Source: Balanoglossus misakiensis (lineage: Eukaryota > Animalia > Hemichordata). From it: a stretch of 64,000 nt of DNA. This document shows positions 41,601 through 52,865 of this stretch, one piece after another. The position numbers and the translations under genes are program-made. The number at the start of each line of letters is the position of its first letter. Within the stretch, counting starts at the first letter, position 1. The DNA is taken from contig CM082577.2 of assembly GCA_040954595.2 (NCBI GenBank), positions 18,450,303-18,514,302 on the forward strand. The letters are read 5' to 3'. Under the pieces are notes generated by a model. It did no database searches, had not been told where the DNA came from, and saw only the letters and a program-made list of their open reading frames with translations.

Positions 41601-43343
41601 ATTTCAATGAACAAGTGACAAAAGAAGAAAATATTCAGTTTGCATTGCACAATTCACTTTGACCTTTTCATTTCATACTTCCATCTAAAGTTCAATCCTA
41701 AACAAACAATAGGACATAAACTGTGTTGACACACCACCTGTTTCTAAGCAACCATATCTCCAACTACCCAGCTGAACCCACAATACACATGCAGCTACTT
41801 CACACCTTACATAACTATCAGCTTTGGTATATGTCATGTTCACCTGTTGCCAAGGGAACTCCTCTCCCCATTTCACACACCAATCACTACTGTGCTCACT
41901 TTATATACTACCTTACATTTTACCACACTCACAACACACCTTCATCTGTTCATGTAGTACAACTACGCTTGAGTGTCACTGTTCAAAGTTAAACATTTCC
42001 AATTGTCCACTTCTGTACATGTCAATTTCCTCTGTTAAGTTAATTACACTACAATTATGACCCACACATAAATTCTGCACTATGCCACCTTCAACCGCTT
42101 TCAAGGCAATCTTGACTTTTCATAACTTTCCACAAATCTTCACAAATTAATATGAAATCCGCAATTATTACGCAACAACTATTTGTCCAATAACGCCTTC
42201 TTACCAACATTCATCCTACAGCTCAAACAACAACAACTACCGACAATGACATAGAACCCTATGATGTGCAGGTGAACAGGCGAAGCAGCATTGAGCCAAC
42301 ACAGAAAACAACAATGCAGTTCACTTATAAAAGCCCTCCATCCCTCCAGCACAAAGCGTTAAAAGAAATACACGACTCATCACTCCCTGAACAAGCAGTA
42401 AGTATACACACACAATCCCTCCACACCATCATTTCAATTACTTGAGAATATATTATTCGCCTGGAACATTATGTTCAATGAACACATGCATATTACCAAT
42501 AACACTTGTGAACACCTGTGCATAAACATTCGCCCATGATTTCATGCTACTTTAACTGACAACTGTCCAATATCACATCAACACCAATTGCCACCTTTTG
42601 CTCTTCCCATGAAGTGAACTGTTTTCCTGAATTCCACACCCACTTAACTATTTCATTGTTCTTTTGTCAAGGTCTCCTTCAAGGCCAGAGTTATTACAGA
42701 GCCTACAATAGACACCATCACCACCAAGGATGGAACGCAGCTCACAATCACCAAATTCAACATTGCTGATAACACAGCTTCCATACCTGGGTACTCCTGG
42801 GGACACAGCACACTGCAATGCAAGCAGTCGTACCTGTTCGAATATGCAGTGACCAAAATGTACGACGGTGTCAAATCAATCCAAGTGGCCTCTCGAACCA
42901 CAACAACCATCATTCCCGATATCGGGGAAACTGTCGAACCTTCTCACACCACGCCTCCTCATCATACCATCACTTCCACAATTCAATCCATAAAAGCCTC
43001 CCTCACCCACCACTGTTCTACTTGTAACAAGCAAGTAGTCAAAACCCCGTCCACATTCATCCGTTGCAACACTTGCAGCATGAAGCAGTCTGCTGCCTCA
43101 CTCAAACCAAACATGACCATCACTCTTCAACTCATTGATCACCCTCACACCCTCACTATTCATCACAACACTCTTTATTCATACCTTTCCATTCACAACA
43201 ACCTCCACCTGTTGCAAGATTCCGAAGACTTGGAAGATTTCCTGTTGCAACAGGTACATCCCATCACATACACCCATAGCCCTTCATTTGTAGTCACCAC
43301 CATGCTGCCCCCACCACCACCCTCTCCAAACAACATTGATTGA
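35681..43343 (+). CDS. Spliced RPA70-like protein, copy 2; exons 35681-35951, 42222-42397, 42672-43343; Gypsy element in intron 1
   Basis: Same exon lengths (271, 176, 672 nt), same splice sites and open frame as copy 1. Confidence 0.78.
36549..36692 (+). repeat. 5' LTR (144 bp)
   Basis: TGTAATG...CATTACA; contains AATAAA; identical by eye to the 3' LTR. Confidence 0.95.
36693..36705 (+). promoter_or_regulatory. Primer-binding site, tRNA-Leu type
   Basis: TGGTGGCAGCGGT is complementary to the ...ACCGCTGCCA-CCA 3' end of metazoan tRNA-Leu(AAG/UAG). Confidence 0.8.
37055..41131 (+). CDS. Gag-Pol polyprotein (Gag with two Zn knuckles, aspartic protease, RT, RNase H, integrase)
   Basis: CKFCAKDH..C / CGTCGKTGHWKARC; VDTGA; LPFGL, IADD; VDAS..SDHKPL; H..H..C..C and DDE integrase (FSDGG, SNGFIER); first ATG at 37055. 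Confidence 0.96.
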   Translation: MGDGIKCPHMKWESGDDQAALLDYRNRLDRWFDIKKVPDAEQHHYIIFQAGEKGEHLSKTWTLTDLERKTPNNVWDKFKQSVGFADHFRVHRLNLTAYKQKDGESIDEFYTRCRALALKCKFKDMDDRLIDQLIMGTRVNDSRKELLSEGETLTIEDALKKCRAQEATHAHMKAFKSAGTPTTKVDAIHKKRDTKKTKGVANCKFCAKDHPYGQCPAFHSKCGTCGKTGHWKARCKSLNEQQKPTSRGRKPFVSSRQTKSRTTTRSGYGNQDDGSKKTVHALDVDSDDDYEQFSFDAINRNTRRNRDDGDIMIDVDARIPGYSRVAKMRCKVDTGAQGNVLPVRTFKNMFPSLVSPTGLSQGNILEKRPHVKLYAYNGTEINQHGSVNLRLRYDVGTKQWHNIEFFVADTPGPIILGKHASQLLNIITVNTVAAMTLRVASSDAPKRIDNTSTLVDTYPDRFTGIGKFPGKYHIDVKPDVTPVVSPPRKYPIHLKDEIQAELDKMTKMGVIEPIPENESTEWLNSLAFSRKDSGKLRVCLDPRNLNIAIKRTYHRAPTVEEITHKLAGAKVFSKLDARHGYWSIELDDESAALTSFSTPSKRYRFRRLPFGLKVSQDVFQEKMDLILAGCNGTLSIADDIIVFGKDDADHDANIHNLMIHARQNGLVFNDEKCKIKTNEVTFYGMVYTAQGVRPDERKVKEIVDLPSPTSVKELQQFLGMVQYLAPFIPNLSSKTSALRELIKKDTSWTWTATHENVFQEIKKLICNTVTLNYFDPQRETKIQVDASKKGLGAVLIQVNANGREDVIAFASKALTPTEERYANIEREMLAVVFGAERFHTYVYGSKFVVESDHKPLEAIKLKNLSQAPPRLQRMLLRIQQYDMEIKYRPGRELLLADALSRLNPKPSATLKLEKTIHSVRWSDAKMDQLRYHTDCDPELQMLKNIVTSGWPEKVQDVPKLVRQYWSMKDFISVEDGILMKGERIIVPKSLQDEILSKLHMSHQGIEKTRLRARTCVYWRGIDNDIECMIDKCDACLRFTKRELKQSMIPHDMPSAPWQNIGSDLFALDGDTYLVVGDYYSKMTFVRHLNAETSRAVIRKLKTIFGEHGIPERMFSDGGPCYSSKEFREFSENWGFRHVMSSPHYPQSNGFIERAVQTVKATMKKAKHAGIDPELALLCVRATPSDGKIGSPTDLLYNRKVRTNLPTRVKGDEETMTSLRKRQEVQKYYYDRSARDRPDLQVGQTVGLQHPQSLRWTTGKITEKCPEPRSYMVETSTGSTLRRNQKFLKDLSTRDISGQNESKLPSDEPKQAIISHTVTDSQAVTQNNNMGNNNTKQSDVKRTSSGRAIKPPVWKKDYV
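41361..41372 (+). promoter_or_regulatory. Polypurine tract
   Basis: AAAGAAGGGGGA directly before the 3' LTR. Confidence 0.85.
41373..41516 (+). repeat. 3' LTR (144 bp)
   Basis: Direct repeat of 36549-36692. Confidence 0.95.
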
Positions 43344-43584
43344 ACTCTACCCACCCCTCCACCCATTGCACCCAACTAACAATTCACCAGCCCCATCATT
43401 CGACAGTTTCCCAGATATCTGATTTCCGACAAGTCTCCCCATGCTTTACCCACTTCAACATTACTGCCTTGTTCCCATTACAATGGACACTTGCAATTTC
43501 CTCCCTTTCCACCACACTTCATAAACTGTCTTTCCTGTTCACATAACTCCAAAAGCTTGGTTATTTGCTGTTTTCGTTACTTGC

Positions 43585-44100
43585 CCTTTTTTTATGCTTC
43601 CATGATTTAATTAGTTAGTACTTGAATTTTTACTTTTTAGTTTTCTTATGCTTCCATTATTTAATTAGTTAGTACTTGAATTTTTACTTTTTAGTTACAT
43701 TTTTTGTCAGTTTACAGCATTACCCTTTAAATGTGTTTTTATGCTTTCATAAGTTAATTAGTTAATACTTGAATTTTTACTTTCATTTGAATTTTTTCTC
43801 TGTTTACAGAATTTTTCTTTAAGTGCCTCTTTTATGCTTTCAAGAGTTCGTTAGTTAATACTTGCATTACTACTTTTATTTGAATTTCATTCCTGTTTGC
43901 AGCATTTTCCTTTAAGCGCCTTTTTTATGCTTTCCTGAGTTAATTAGTTAATACTTGAATTTTAACTTTCATTTGAATTTTTTGCCTGTTTACAGAATTT
44001 TTCTTTAACTGCCTTTTTTATGCTTCCATGTGTTAATTAGTTATTACTTGCATTCTCACTTCAACTTGAATTTTCTGCATGTTTACAACATTTCAATAAG
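43585..44100. repeat. 93-bp AT-rich minisatellite, copy 2 (extra partial unit)
   Basis: Homologous to 17025-17480. Confidence 0.8.
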
Positions 44101-45283
44101 TGCCCCTGATTCAGTTATGTCAATTGCTCTAAATAACGAAATCTTCATTATGTCGTTATTATTTCCATTTCAACTTTTCTTTATTGTTACAATGTCTACA
44201 GCACTTCACTACTCTTGTGACTTGCCTTTCTACTTTCAGTTCAGATTATCATCGTTTTTACATTATTGTTTATTTAATTAGTTACTAGAGACATTGTTAC
44301 TTACATTTGAGTTTTTCCGTCCGTGACAAATTTTGCAATACTTACTGATTACATTCCTGCTGTTATTTTATCTTTTCCCACTTTGAACACAGTTTTATTA
44401 CACTAGTGATTACTTTTTTATTTTCTGTTGCCATTACTATGGTTTTTACCAGCCACAAAATTACGTACTATTTACATTGCTACTTTGCATACCATTTTCT
44501 CTGATATCTACCTCACTACCATCATTTACAAAGAAAATTTACTTATCTACTGCCAGCTCCAATTTTCAACTTGCCCCACTTTTGCCATATTTACAGACAG
44601 AGTTATTTACAGAAACATTTGCTGTCTTCAATACAACAATTTCCATTTCATTTGCAATAAAGTGCGTCACATTCAACCCTAACTTATTGTCTTCATTTCT
44701 GCCTATTTGGACACACAATGTACACACATGACATACCTCACTGTGAATACTTTTGAAGTTTATAGCAAGTTCAACATAGTGCATATATTCCACAATAACT
44801 AATATCACCAGTACATTACTTTCTGTTTAACATGGAATAATACACGCTTCACCTTTTTACTCACATTTTGGCACGCCGCATGTGACCATCGTCCTACTTC
44901 CTCACACTTTCCCTTACCTCGACATCTGCACCCAACACAGCCTCAACACTGTTATGGTGTGCAATTTTATTACATACATTTCAGATGACCTCTGCCTACC
45001 TTCAACATACTGTCTCATATCTTGTCATCAACAGCAGCTACTCCATTGGTGTTTAAAAGGGTTGCTGTCAAATAACCCCAAATACTGGGTCACTTGCACA
45101 CATCATCATTTAATTGCTGTAGGTTTGGTTTATGGTAAACATAACACAGTAGGGGGTGCAAATGTTTGCCACATTTCGCTGGCACAATATGGGGTCAGAA
45201 TCTCCTGCCCAAATGCCGCACGCCCCACACCTTCCACCTTCAGCTTAAGCTTGGGCCCGTCATCGCTGCTTCGCAGCTATATT

Positions 45284-45440
45284 TACGGGCCCAAGCCAAG
45301 CCAGGCTTGGGCCCGTATTGGTTTCGTTGGAATTTTTAGGGCCCAAGCGCACGCAAGCGCTTGGGCCCTATTGGTTTCGTTGGGGTTTTTACGGGCCCAA
45401 GCCAAGCCAGGCTTGGGCCCGTATTGGTTTCGCTGGGGTT
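45284..45440 (+). repeat. Three stacked Helentron 5' heads (GGGCCCAAGC palindromes at 45284, 45337, 45390)
   Basis: Each is a T-run + palindrome + ttggtttcg(t/c)tgg spacer. Confidence 0.85.
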
Positions 45441-47347
45441 TTTCTGTCTTTCTTTCTTTCTTTATTCTTGGTTCCATTCTTTATCGCTCTAGATCTCAAA
45501 CACCGCTGCAGGTACAGTTCTCAAACTTGCTACAGTGGTCAAGGTCAATGAGTAGATGTGCAGTGACTTGTGAATACTTAATTAGTCACGTGACATGGCG
45601 GCCATCTTGGATTTTCTGAAAAAATGCAAATCTCAGATCTCAGAAACTACAAGTCAGATCGACTTCAAATTTGGCATGCTGGTAGACTACCTTCTGCCCA
45701 TCATTTTTGTAATTGGAAATTATGCTGACAAAGTTGCCGTTTTTTTGCTCCAATTTTTTTTCTGAAATCTGGCCTAAATTTCAAAAATCTTCTTCTCCAG
45801 AACCGGTGATAACCGAGACACGGGGTTTGGGGTATGTGGTCACCTAACTGATGTCTATCAAGTTTGCGAAGATCATAGTGATTGGTCCAAGATTATGGCG
45901 GCCATATTGGATTTTCGAAAAACCCTAGTAAAATTTGAAAAATCTTCTACTCAAGAACCGGCGATAACCGAGTCACAAGATTTGGTGTGTGTGGTCATTA
46001 AACAGATGTCTATCAAGTTTGCGAAGATGAATGTGATTGGTCGAAGATTATGGCGGCCATATTGGATTTTGTGAAAAACGATTAAAAAGTAAAAATTCCC
46101 TTTCTAGCCTAATAATTGATAGCACAGAAATTCTTTTTATGGATATGAATCATCATATGACAAGAATAAGCTATAAATATTTTGGTAATTTTGGCAATGA
46201 CCTTTGACCTACTTTTGACGCATCATTTTTCTGCATATCTAATTCCAGGATAACCAATAGGGCTATAAGTTTGGTTTTTGATGTATGTGGATTTGTATGT
46301 GATCAAAAAATTTTGCTACTTCTCATGACCCCTTTGACCTCTGCTGACCTCATTAAATATGCACATACCTAATTAATGATGAACCAATAGACCTTGAGGT
46401 TTTGTTTTTGTTATACATGGACCAGTATGGGGTCAAAATATTTTGCCCAAATGTTGGGTGACCTCGGGTGACCTTTGACCTACTTTTGCATATCTTGACA
46501 TCCACAGCAGATACAGCCTTGGCGTTTGGAGGTATGGGGCCATAATGAAAAGCCACAGTTTTGGGTCACCTGTGACACCTGCTTTACTCATTATTTATGT
46601 GCATACCTAATTTCGGGCTAACCAAAAGGGCTAGAGGTCTAGTTTTTGTTGGACATGGACCACTATGGGTCAAAATTTTCTGCCCAAATTTTGGATGACC
46701 TCAGATGACCTTTGACCTACTTTTGCATATCTCGGCATCCAAAGCAGGTACAGCCTTGGCATTTGGAGGTATGGGGCCATAATGAAAAGCCAAAGTTTTG
46801 GGTCACCTGTGACACCTGCTTTACTCATTATTTATGTGCATACCTAATTCCGGGCTAACCAAAAGGGCTAGAGGTCTGGTTTTTGTTGGACATGGACCAC
46901 TATGGGTCAAAATTTTCTGCCCAAATTTTGGATGACCTCAGATGACCTTTGACCTACTTTTGCATATCTCGGCATCCAAAGCAGGTACAGCCTTGGCATT
47001 TGGAGGTATGGGGCTATAATGAAAAGCCAAAGTTTTGGGTCACCTGTGACCCCTGCTCAACTCATTATTTATGTGCATACCTAATTCTGTGCTAACCAAA
47101 AGGCCTAGAGGTCTGGTTTTTGTTGGACATGGACCACTATGGGTCAAAATTTTCTGCCCAAATTGTGGGTGACCTCTGGGTGACCTTTGACCTACTTAAC
47201 TCTATATCAGCACCAAACATAGATATAACCTTGATATTTCATGGGATAAACACAGCATTATGTTCCATCTCATTAATTATGTGCATATCTAATATCAGAT
47301 CAGATAATAAAGCTTGGGCCCGGACAATGCTGCTTGCAGCTTTAATT
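45390..47347 (+). mobile_element. Non-autonomous Helentron (HINE), subfamily B, complete, innermost of the nest
   Basis: Head, (CTTT)n, 155-bp repeats x2, 239-bp repeats, tail GCTTGGGCCCGGACAATGCTGCTTGCAGCTTTAATT. Confidence 0.82.
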
Positions 47348-48751
47348 CTTTCTTTCTTTTTTCTTGTGTCAATTTCTTCGGCCAACGAGATCTCTGAAAC
47401 TACTGCAGGTACACTTCTCAAACTTGCTACAGTGGTCAAGGTCAATGAGTAGATGTGCAGTGACTTGTGAATAATTAATTCGTCACGTGACCTGGCGGCC
47501 ATATTGGATTTTCTGAAAAAATTCAAATCTCAGATCTCAGAAACTACAAGTCAGATCGACTTCAAATTTGGCATGCAGGTAGACTACCTTCTACCCATCA
47601 TTTTTGTAATTGGAAATTTTGCTGTCAGTGTTGCAGTTTTTTTGCTACAATTTTTTTTCTGAAATCTGGCTTAAATTTCAAAAATCTTCTTCTCCAGAAC
47701 CAGTGATAACCGAGACACGGGGTTTGGGGTATGTGGTCACCTAACTGATGTCTATCAAGTTTGCGAAGATCATTGTGATTGGTCGAAGATTATGGCGGCC
47801 ATATTGGATTTTCGAAAAACCATAGTTAAACTCCAAAAATCTTCTTCTCCAGAACGGGCGATGACTGAGTCGCAAGATTCGGGGAGTATGGTCACTACAC
47901 TGATGTCTATCAAGTTTGCAAAGAGCATTGTGATTGGTCGAAGATTATGGCGGCCATATTGGATTTTGTAAAAAGCAGTGAAAAATTGAAATTCCTTTTT
48001 CTAGTCTAAAAATTGATAGCATACAAATTCTTTTTATGGATATCAATCGTCATGTGACTAAAATATGTTACAATTTTTTGGCGATTTTTCACATGACCTT
48101 TGACCTACTTATCACACGTTATTATTTCTGCATATCTAATTCCAGGCTAACCTATAGGGCTAGACGTTTGGTTTTTGATGAATGTGGATTAGTGTGTGAT
48201 CAAAATATTTTGCTACTTTTCATGATCCCTTTGACCTCTGCTGACCTCATTAATTATGTGCATAGCTAATTACAGGCGAACCAAGAGGTTTGGTTTTTGT
48301 TGGACATGGACCAGTATGGGATCAAAATTTTTTGCCCAAATTTTGGGTGACCTTTGACCTACTTTCGCATATCTCAGCATCCAGAGCAGATACAGCCATG
48401 GCATTTGGTAGGATGGGACCAAAATGTAAAGCCACATTTTTGGGTCACCTGTGACACAAGCTGACCTCACTAAATATGCACATACCTAATTAGAGGCGAA
48501 CCAATAGAGCTAGAGTTTTGGTTTTTGTTGGACATGGACCAGTATGGGTAAAAAAAAATTGCCCAAATGTTGGGTGACCTCAGGTGACCTTTGACCTACT
48601 TCACCCTATTTCAGCAGCAAAAATACACACATCCTTGTTATGTCATGAGATAATACATCCGATAGAAAATTCTGTTTCTTCTCATTCATACTGTGCATAT
48701 ATAATTCAAGATCAGCGCTTGGGCCCGACAATGCTGCTCGCAGCTTTAATT
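47348..48751 (+). mobile_element. HINE subfamily B body + tail without adjacent head
   Basis: Tail GCGCTTGGGCCCGACAATGCTGCTCGCAGCTTTAATT complements head 45337 (GGGCCCAAGCGC). Confidence 0.78.
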
Positions 48752-50164
48752 CTTTCTTTATTCTTATGTCAATCTTTGCTCTCCTAGATCTCTGAAACGG
48801 CTACAGGTACACTTCTCAAACTTGCTACAGTGGTCAAGGTCAATGAGTAGATGTGCAGTGGCTTGTGAATATTTAATTAGTCACGTGACCTGGCGGCCAT
48901 ATTGGATTTTCTGAAAATCTTTAAATGGCTTCTTCTCAAAAACCACAGGGCCAATCAAGTTCAAATTTGGTGTATGGTACACATGTCCTCTGCCCTTCAA
49001 AGTTTGACAATAAAATCCTGAGCGGTCATGTGACTTTGGCCGCCATATTGGATTTTCGAAAAAGTACAGTAAAATCTTCAAAAATCTTCTTCTCCAGAAC
49101 CGGCAATAACCGAGTCATGGGATTTAGGGTATGACATCACCTAACTGATGTCTATCAAGTTTGCGAAGAGCGTTGTGATTGGTCGAAGATTATGGCGGCC
49201 ATATTGGATTTTGTAAAAACCAGCGAAAATTAAGAAATCATTTTTCTAGTCTAAAAATAGATAGCATACAAATTCTTTTTATAGATATGAGTCGTGATAT
49301 GACTAGAATATGTTGCAAATATTTTGGAAATTTTCACGTGACCTTTGACCTACTTTTTTAAGAACCTGCATATATGCATATATAGCTCATACTACGTGTT
49401 CTAAATGTACCAGAGTTCTGATTTTTGTGCACATTGGTATCATCCCTGCCAGGACCTACCCCAAATATTTTGGTAATTTTGGCAATGACCTTTGACCTAC
49501 TTTTGACACATCGTTTTTTTCTGCATATCTAATTCCAGGCTAACCTATAGGGCTATGATTTTGGTTTTTGATGTATGTGGATTTGTATGTGATCAAAAAA
49601 TTTCACTACTTATCATGACCCCTTTGACCTCTGCTGACCTCATTAAATATGCGCATACCTAATTACAGATGAACCAATAGACCTAGAGGTTTGGTTTTTG
49701 TTGGACATGAACCAGTATTGGGTCAAATTTTTTTGCCCAAATGTTGGGTGACCTTGGATGACCTTTGACCTACTTTTGCATATCTCGACATCCACAGCAG
49801 ATACAGCCTTGGCGTTTGGAGGTATGGGGCCATAATGAAAAGCCAAAGTTTTGGGTCACCTGTGACACCTGCTTAACTCATTATTTATGTGCATACCTAA
49901 TTTCGGGCTAACCAAAAGGGCTAGAGATCTGGTTTTTGTTGGACATGGACCACTATGGGTCAAAATTTTCTGCCCAAATTGTGGGTGACCTCTGGGTGAC
50001 CTTTGACCTACTTAACACTATATCAACACCAAACATAGATATAACCTTGATATTTCATGGGATAAAACACAGCATTATGTTCCTACTCATTAATTATGTG
50101 CATATCTAATAATCAGATCAGATAATAGAGCTTGGGCCCGGACAATGCTGCTTGCAGCTTTAAT
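48752..50164 (+). mobile_element. HINE subfamily B body + tail without adjacent head
   Basis: Tail same type as at 47347; matches head 45284 (CGGGCCCAAGC). Confidence 0.78.
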
Positions 50165-51517
50165 CTTCTACTTCTTTTTCTTACGCAGTTTTTTTGCCAA
50201 CTAGGATCTTGGAAACGGCTGAAGCTACGAATCGCAAACTTGGCACAATGGTGCAGGTCTATGAGAGCTCGTGCAGTACCCTCGTGAATGTGTAATTAGT
50301 CACATGACCTGATGACCATATATGGGCAAAGTTTTCAAATGGGCCTAATTTGCATATGAATGACGATATCAACATTCTGTGAAATAATTTTGCGGACCAT
50401 ATGGTCAGTGTCCTACATGCCAAATTTCAAGGCTCTGGGCCAAGTCAATTTTGAGAAGAAGATTTGTAAATATTATATTTCATATTTTTTGGACCCAGCC
50501 ATAGGCCTATACTTTCTATAGTTAAGCTATGATGCTATGTCCACATCTGTGCAATGGTCCTGTACTGTGACTCTCTATTGGCCCGTGAGCAAAATGGGAC
50601 CAACATAAAAGGCAAAATTTTGGGCTCACCTGTAACACCTGCTTAACTCATTAATTATGTGCATACCTAATTCTGGGCTAACTAATAGGGCTAGAGGTTT
50701 TGTGCTTGTGGGACATGGACCAGTATAGGGTATAAAAAAATTGCCCAAATTTTGGGTGACCTCAGGTGAACTTTGACCTACTTTCATATATCTCGGCATC
50801 CAGAGAAGGTACAGACTTGGCGTTTGGAGGGTTGGGACTAAAATTTAAAAGCCAAAATTGGGGGTCACCTGTGACACCTGCTTATCTCATTAATTATGTG
50901 CATACCTAATTCCAGGCCAACCAATAGGGTTATAGGTTTGGTTTTTGTTGAACATGGACCAGTATAGGGTCAAAATTTCTTGCCCAAATTTTGGGTGACC
51001 TCAGGTGACCTTTGACCTACTTTCCTATATCTCCGCTTCCAGAGCAGGTACAGACTTGGCGTTTGGAGGGTTGGGACTAAAATTTAAAAGCCAAAATTAG
51101 GGGTCACCTGTGACACCTGCTTATCTCATTAATTATGTGCATACCTAATTCCAGGCCAACCAATAGGGTTATAGGTTTGGTTTTTGTTGAACATGGACCA
51201 GTATGGGGTCAAAATTTCTTGCCCAGATTTTGGGTGACCTCAGGTGACCTTTGACCTACTTTATCATATCTCGGCGTGCACAGCAGCTACAGCCTTGGCA
51301 TTTGGAGGGATGGATCTCCTGATGGAGCCTTACACTTTACCTCATTAATTATGCACATACATAATTGTAGGCGAACCAATAGGGCTAGAGATTTTGTTCT
51401 TGTGGGACACGGACCATTATGGGGTCAAAATTTCTTGCCCAAATTTTGGGTGACCACTTATGACCTCTGACCTTCGGCTTAAGCTTGGGCCCGTCATCGC
51501 TGCTTGCAGCTATATTT
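50165..51517 (+). mobile_element. HINE subfamily A body + tail without adjacent head
   Basis: Body homologous to 18800-20090; tail nearly identical to the autonomous 3' end. Confidence 0.78.
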
Positions 51518-52865
51518 TTCTTTTTCTTTTTCTTGTGTCGTTTTTTTGCCCAACAGGATCTTGAAAACGGCTGAACCTACAAATCTCAAACTTGGCACAA
51601 TGGTGCAGGCCTATGAGAGCTGGTGCTGTACCCTCGTGAATGTTTAATAAGTCATGTGACCTGATGACCATATATGGGCAAAGTTTTCAAATGGGCCTAA
51701 TTTGCATATGAATGGAGATATCAAAATTCTTTTAGCGATTTTTGCAGACCATGTGGTCAGTGTCCTACATGCCAAATGTCAAGGCCGTGGGCCAAGTCTA
51801 TTTTGAGAAGAAGATTTTTTTATTTTTCATATTTTTGGACCCAGCCATAGGCCTATACTTTCTATAGTTAAGCTATCACGCTATGTCCACGTTGGCTGTG
51901 CAATGGTCCTGTACAGTGACTCTCTATTGGCCCGTCAGCAGAATGGGACCACAATAAAAGGCAAAATTTTGGGCTCACCTGTAACACCTGCTTAACTCAT
52001 TAATTATGTGCATACCTAATTCCAGGCTAACTAATAGGGCTAGAGGTTTTGTTCTTGTGGGGCATGGACCAGTATGGGATCAAAAATTTTTGCCCAAATT
52101 TTGGGTGACCTCAGGTGACCTTTGACCTACTTTCCTATATCTCGGCATCCACAGCAGGTACAGACTTGGCGTTTGGAGGGTTGTGACTAAAATTGAAAAG
52201 ACAAAATTGAAGGTCACCTGTGACACCTGCTTATCTCATTAATTATGTGCATACCTAATTCCACGCTAACCAATGGGGTTAGAGGTTTGATTTTTGTTGA
52301 ACATGGACCAGTATAGGGTCAAAATTTCTTGCCCAAATTTTGCATGACCTCAGGTGACCTTTGACCTAATTTACCATATCTTGGCAACCAGAGCAGGCAC
52401 AGACTTGGCGTTTGGAGGGTTGGGACTAAAATTGAAAAGCCAAAATTGGGGGTCACCTGTGACACCTGCATATCTCATTAATTATGTGCATACCTAATTC
52501 CAGGCTAACCAATAGGGCTAGAGGTTTTGTTCTTGTGGGACATGGATCAGTATGGGGTCAAAAATTTTGCCAAAATTTTGGGTGACCTCAGGTGACATTT
52601 GACCTACTTTGCCATATCTCGGCATCCAGAACAGGTACAGCATTTGTGTTTTGATGGATTGAACTATTAATGGAGTCTTACACTTTACATCATTAATTAT
52701 GTGCATATCTAATTTCAGACAAACCAATAGGGCTAGAGGTCAGGTTTCTGTTGGACCTGGACTAGTATGGGGTCAAAAAATTTTGCCCAAATTTTGGGTG
52801 ACCACATATGACCATTGACCTACGGCTTAAGCTTGTGCCCGTCATCGCTGCTTGCAGCTATATTT
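51518..52865 (+). mobile_element. HINE subfamily A body + tail (GCTTGTGCCC variant)
   Basis: 239-bp repeats; subTIR at 52831-52840, stem-loop, TATATTT. Confidence 0.78.

Larger units (their letters stand above)
18727..45284. mobile_element. Autonomous-type Helentron/Helitron2, copy 2, full length (~21 kb plus ~5.7 kb of insertions)
   Basis: 5' palindromic head, HINE-like body with 239-bp repeats, RepHel-EN and RPA-like genes, 3' subTIR + stem-loop + TATATTT at 45249-45284; T-rich flanks, no TSD. Confidence 0.88.

Noticed and set aside
45284-45440. Palindromic ~33-bp repeats with short spacers resembling a CRISPR array
   Set aside because: Spacers are near-identical, there are no cas genes, the context is eukaryotic, and the repeats are Helentron 5' termini
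44882-45619. 245-aa ORF (and 18267-18824, 61724-62137)
   Set aside because: Reads through element termini and palindromes, differs between copies, and has no domain signal
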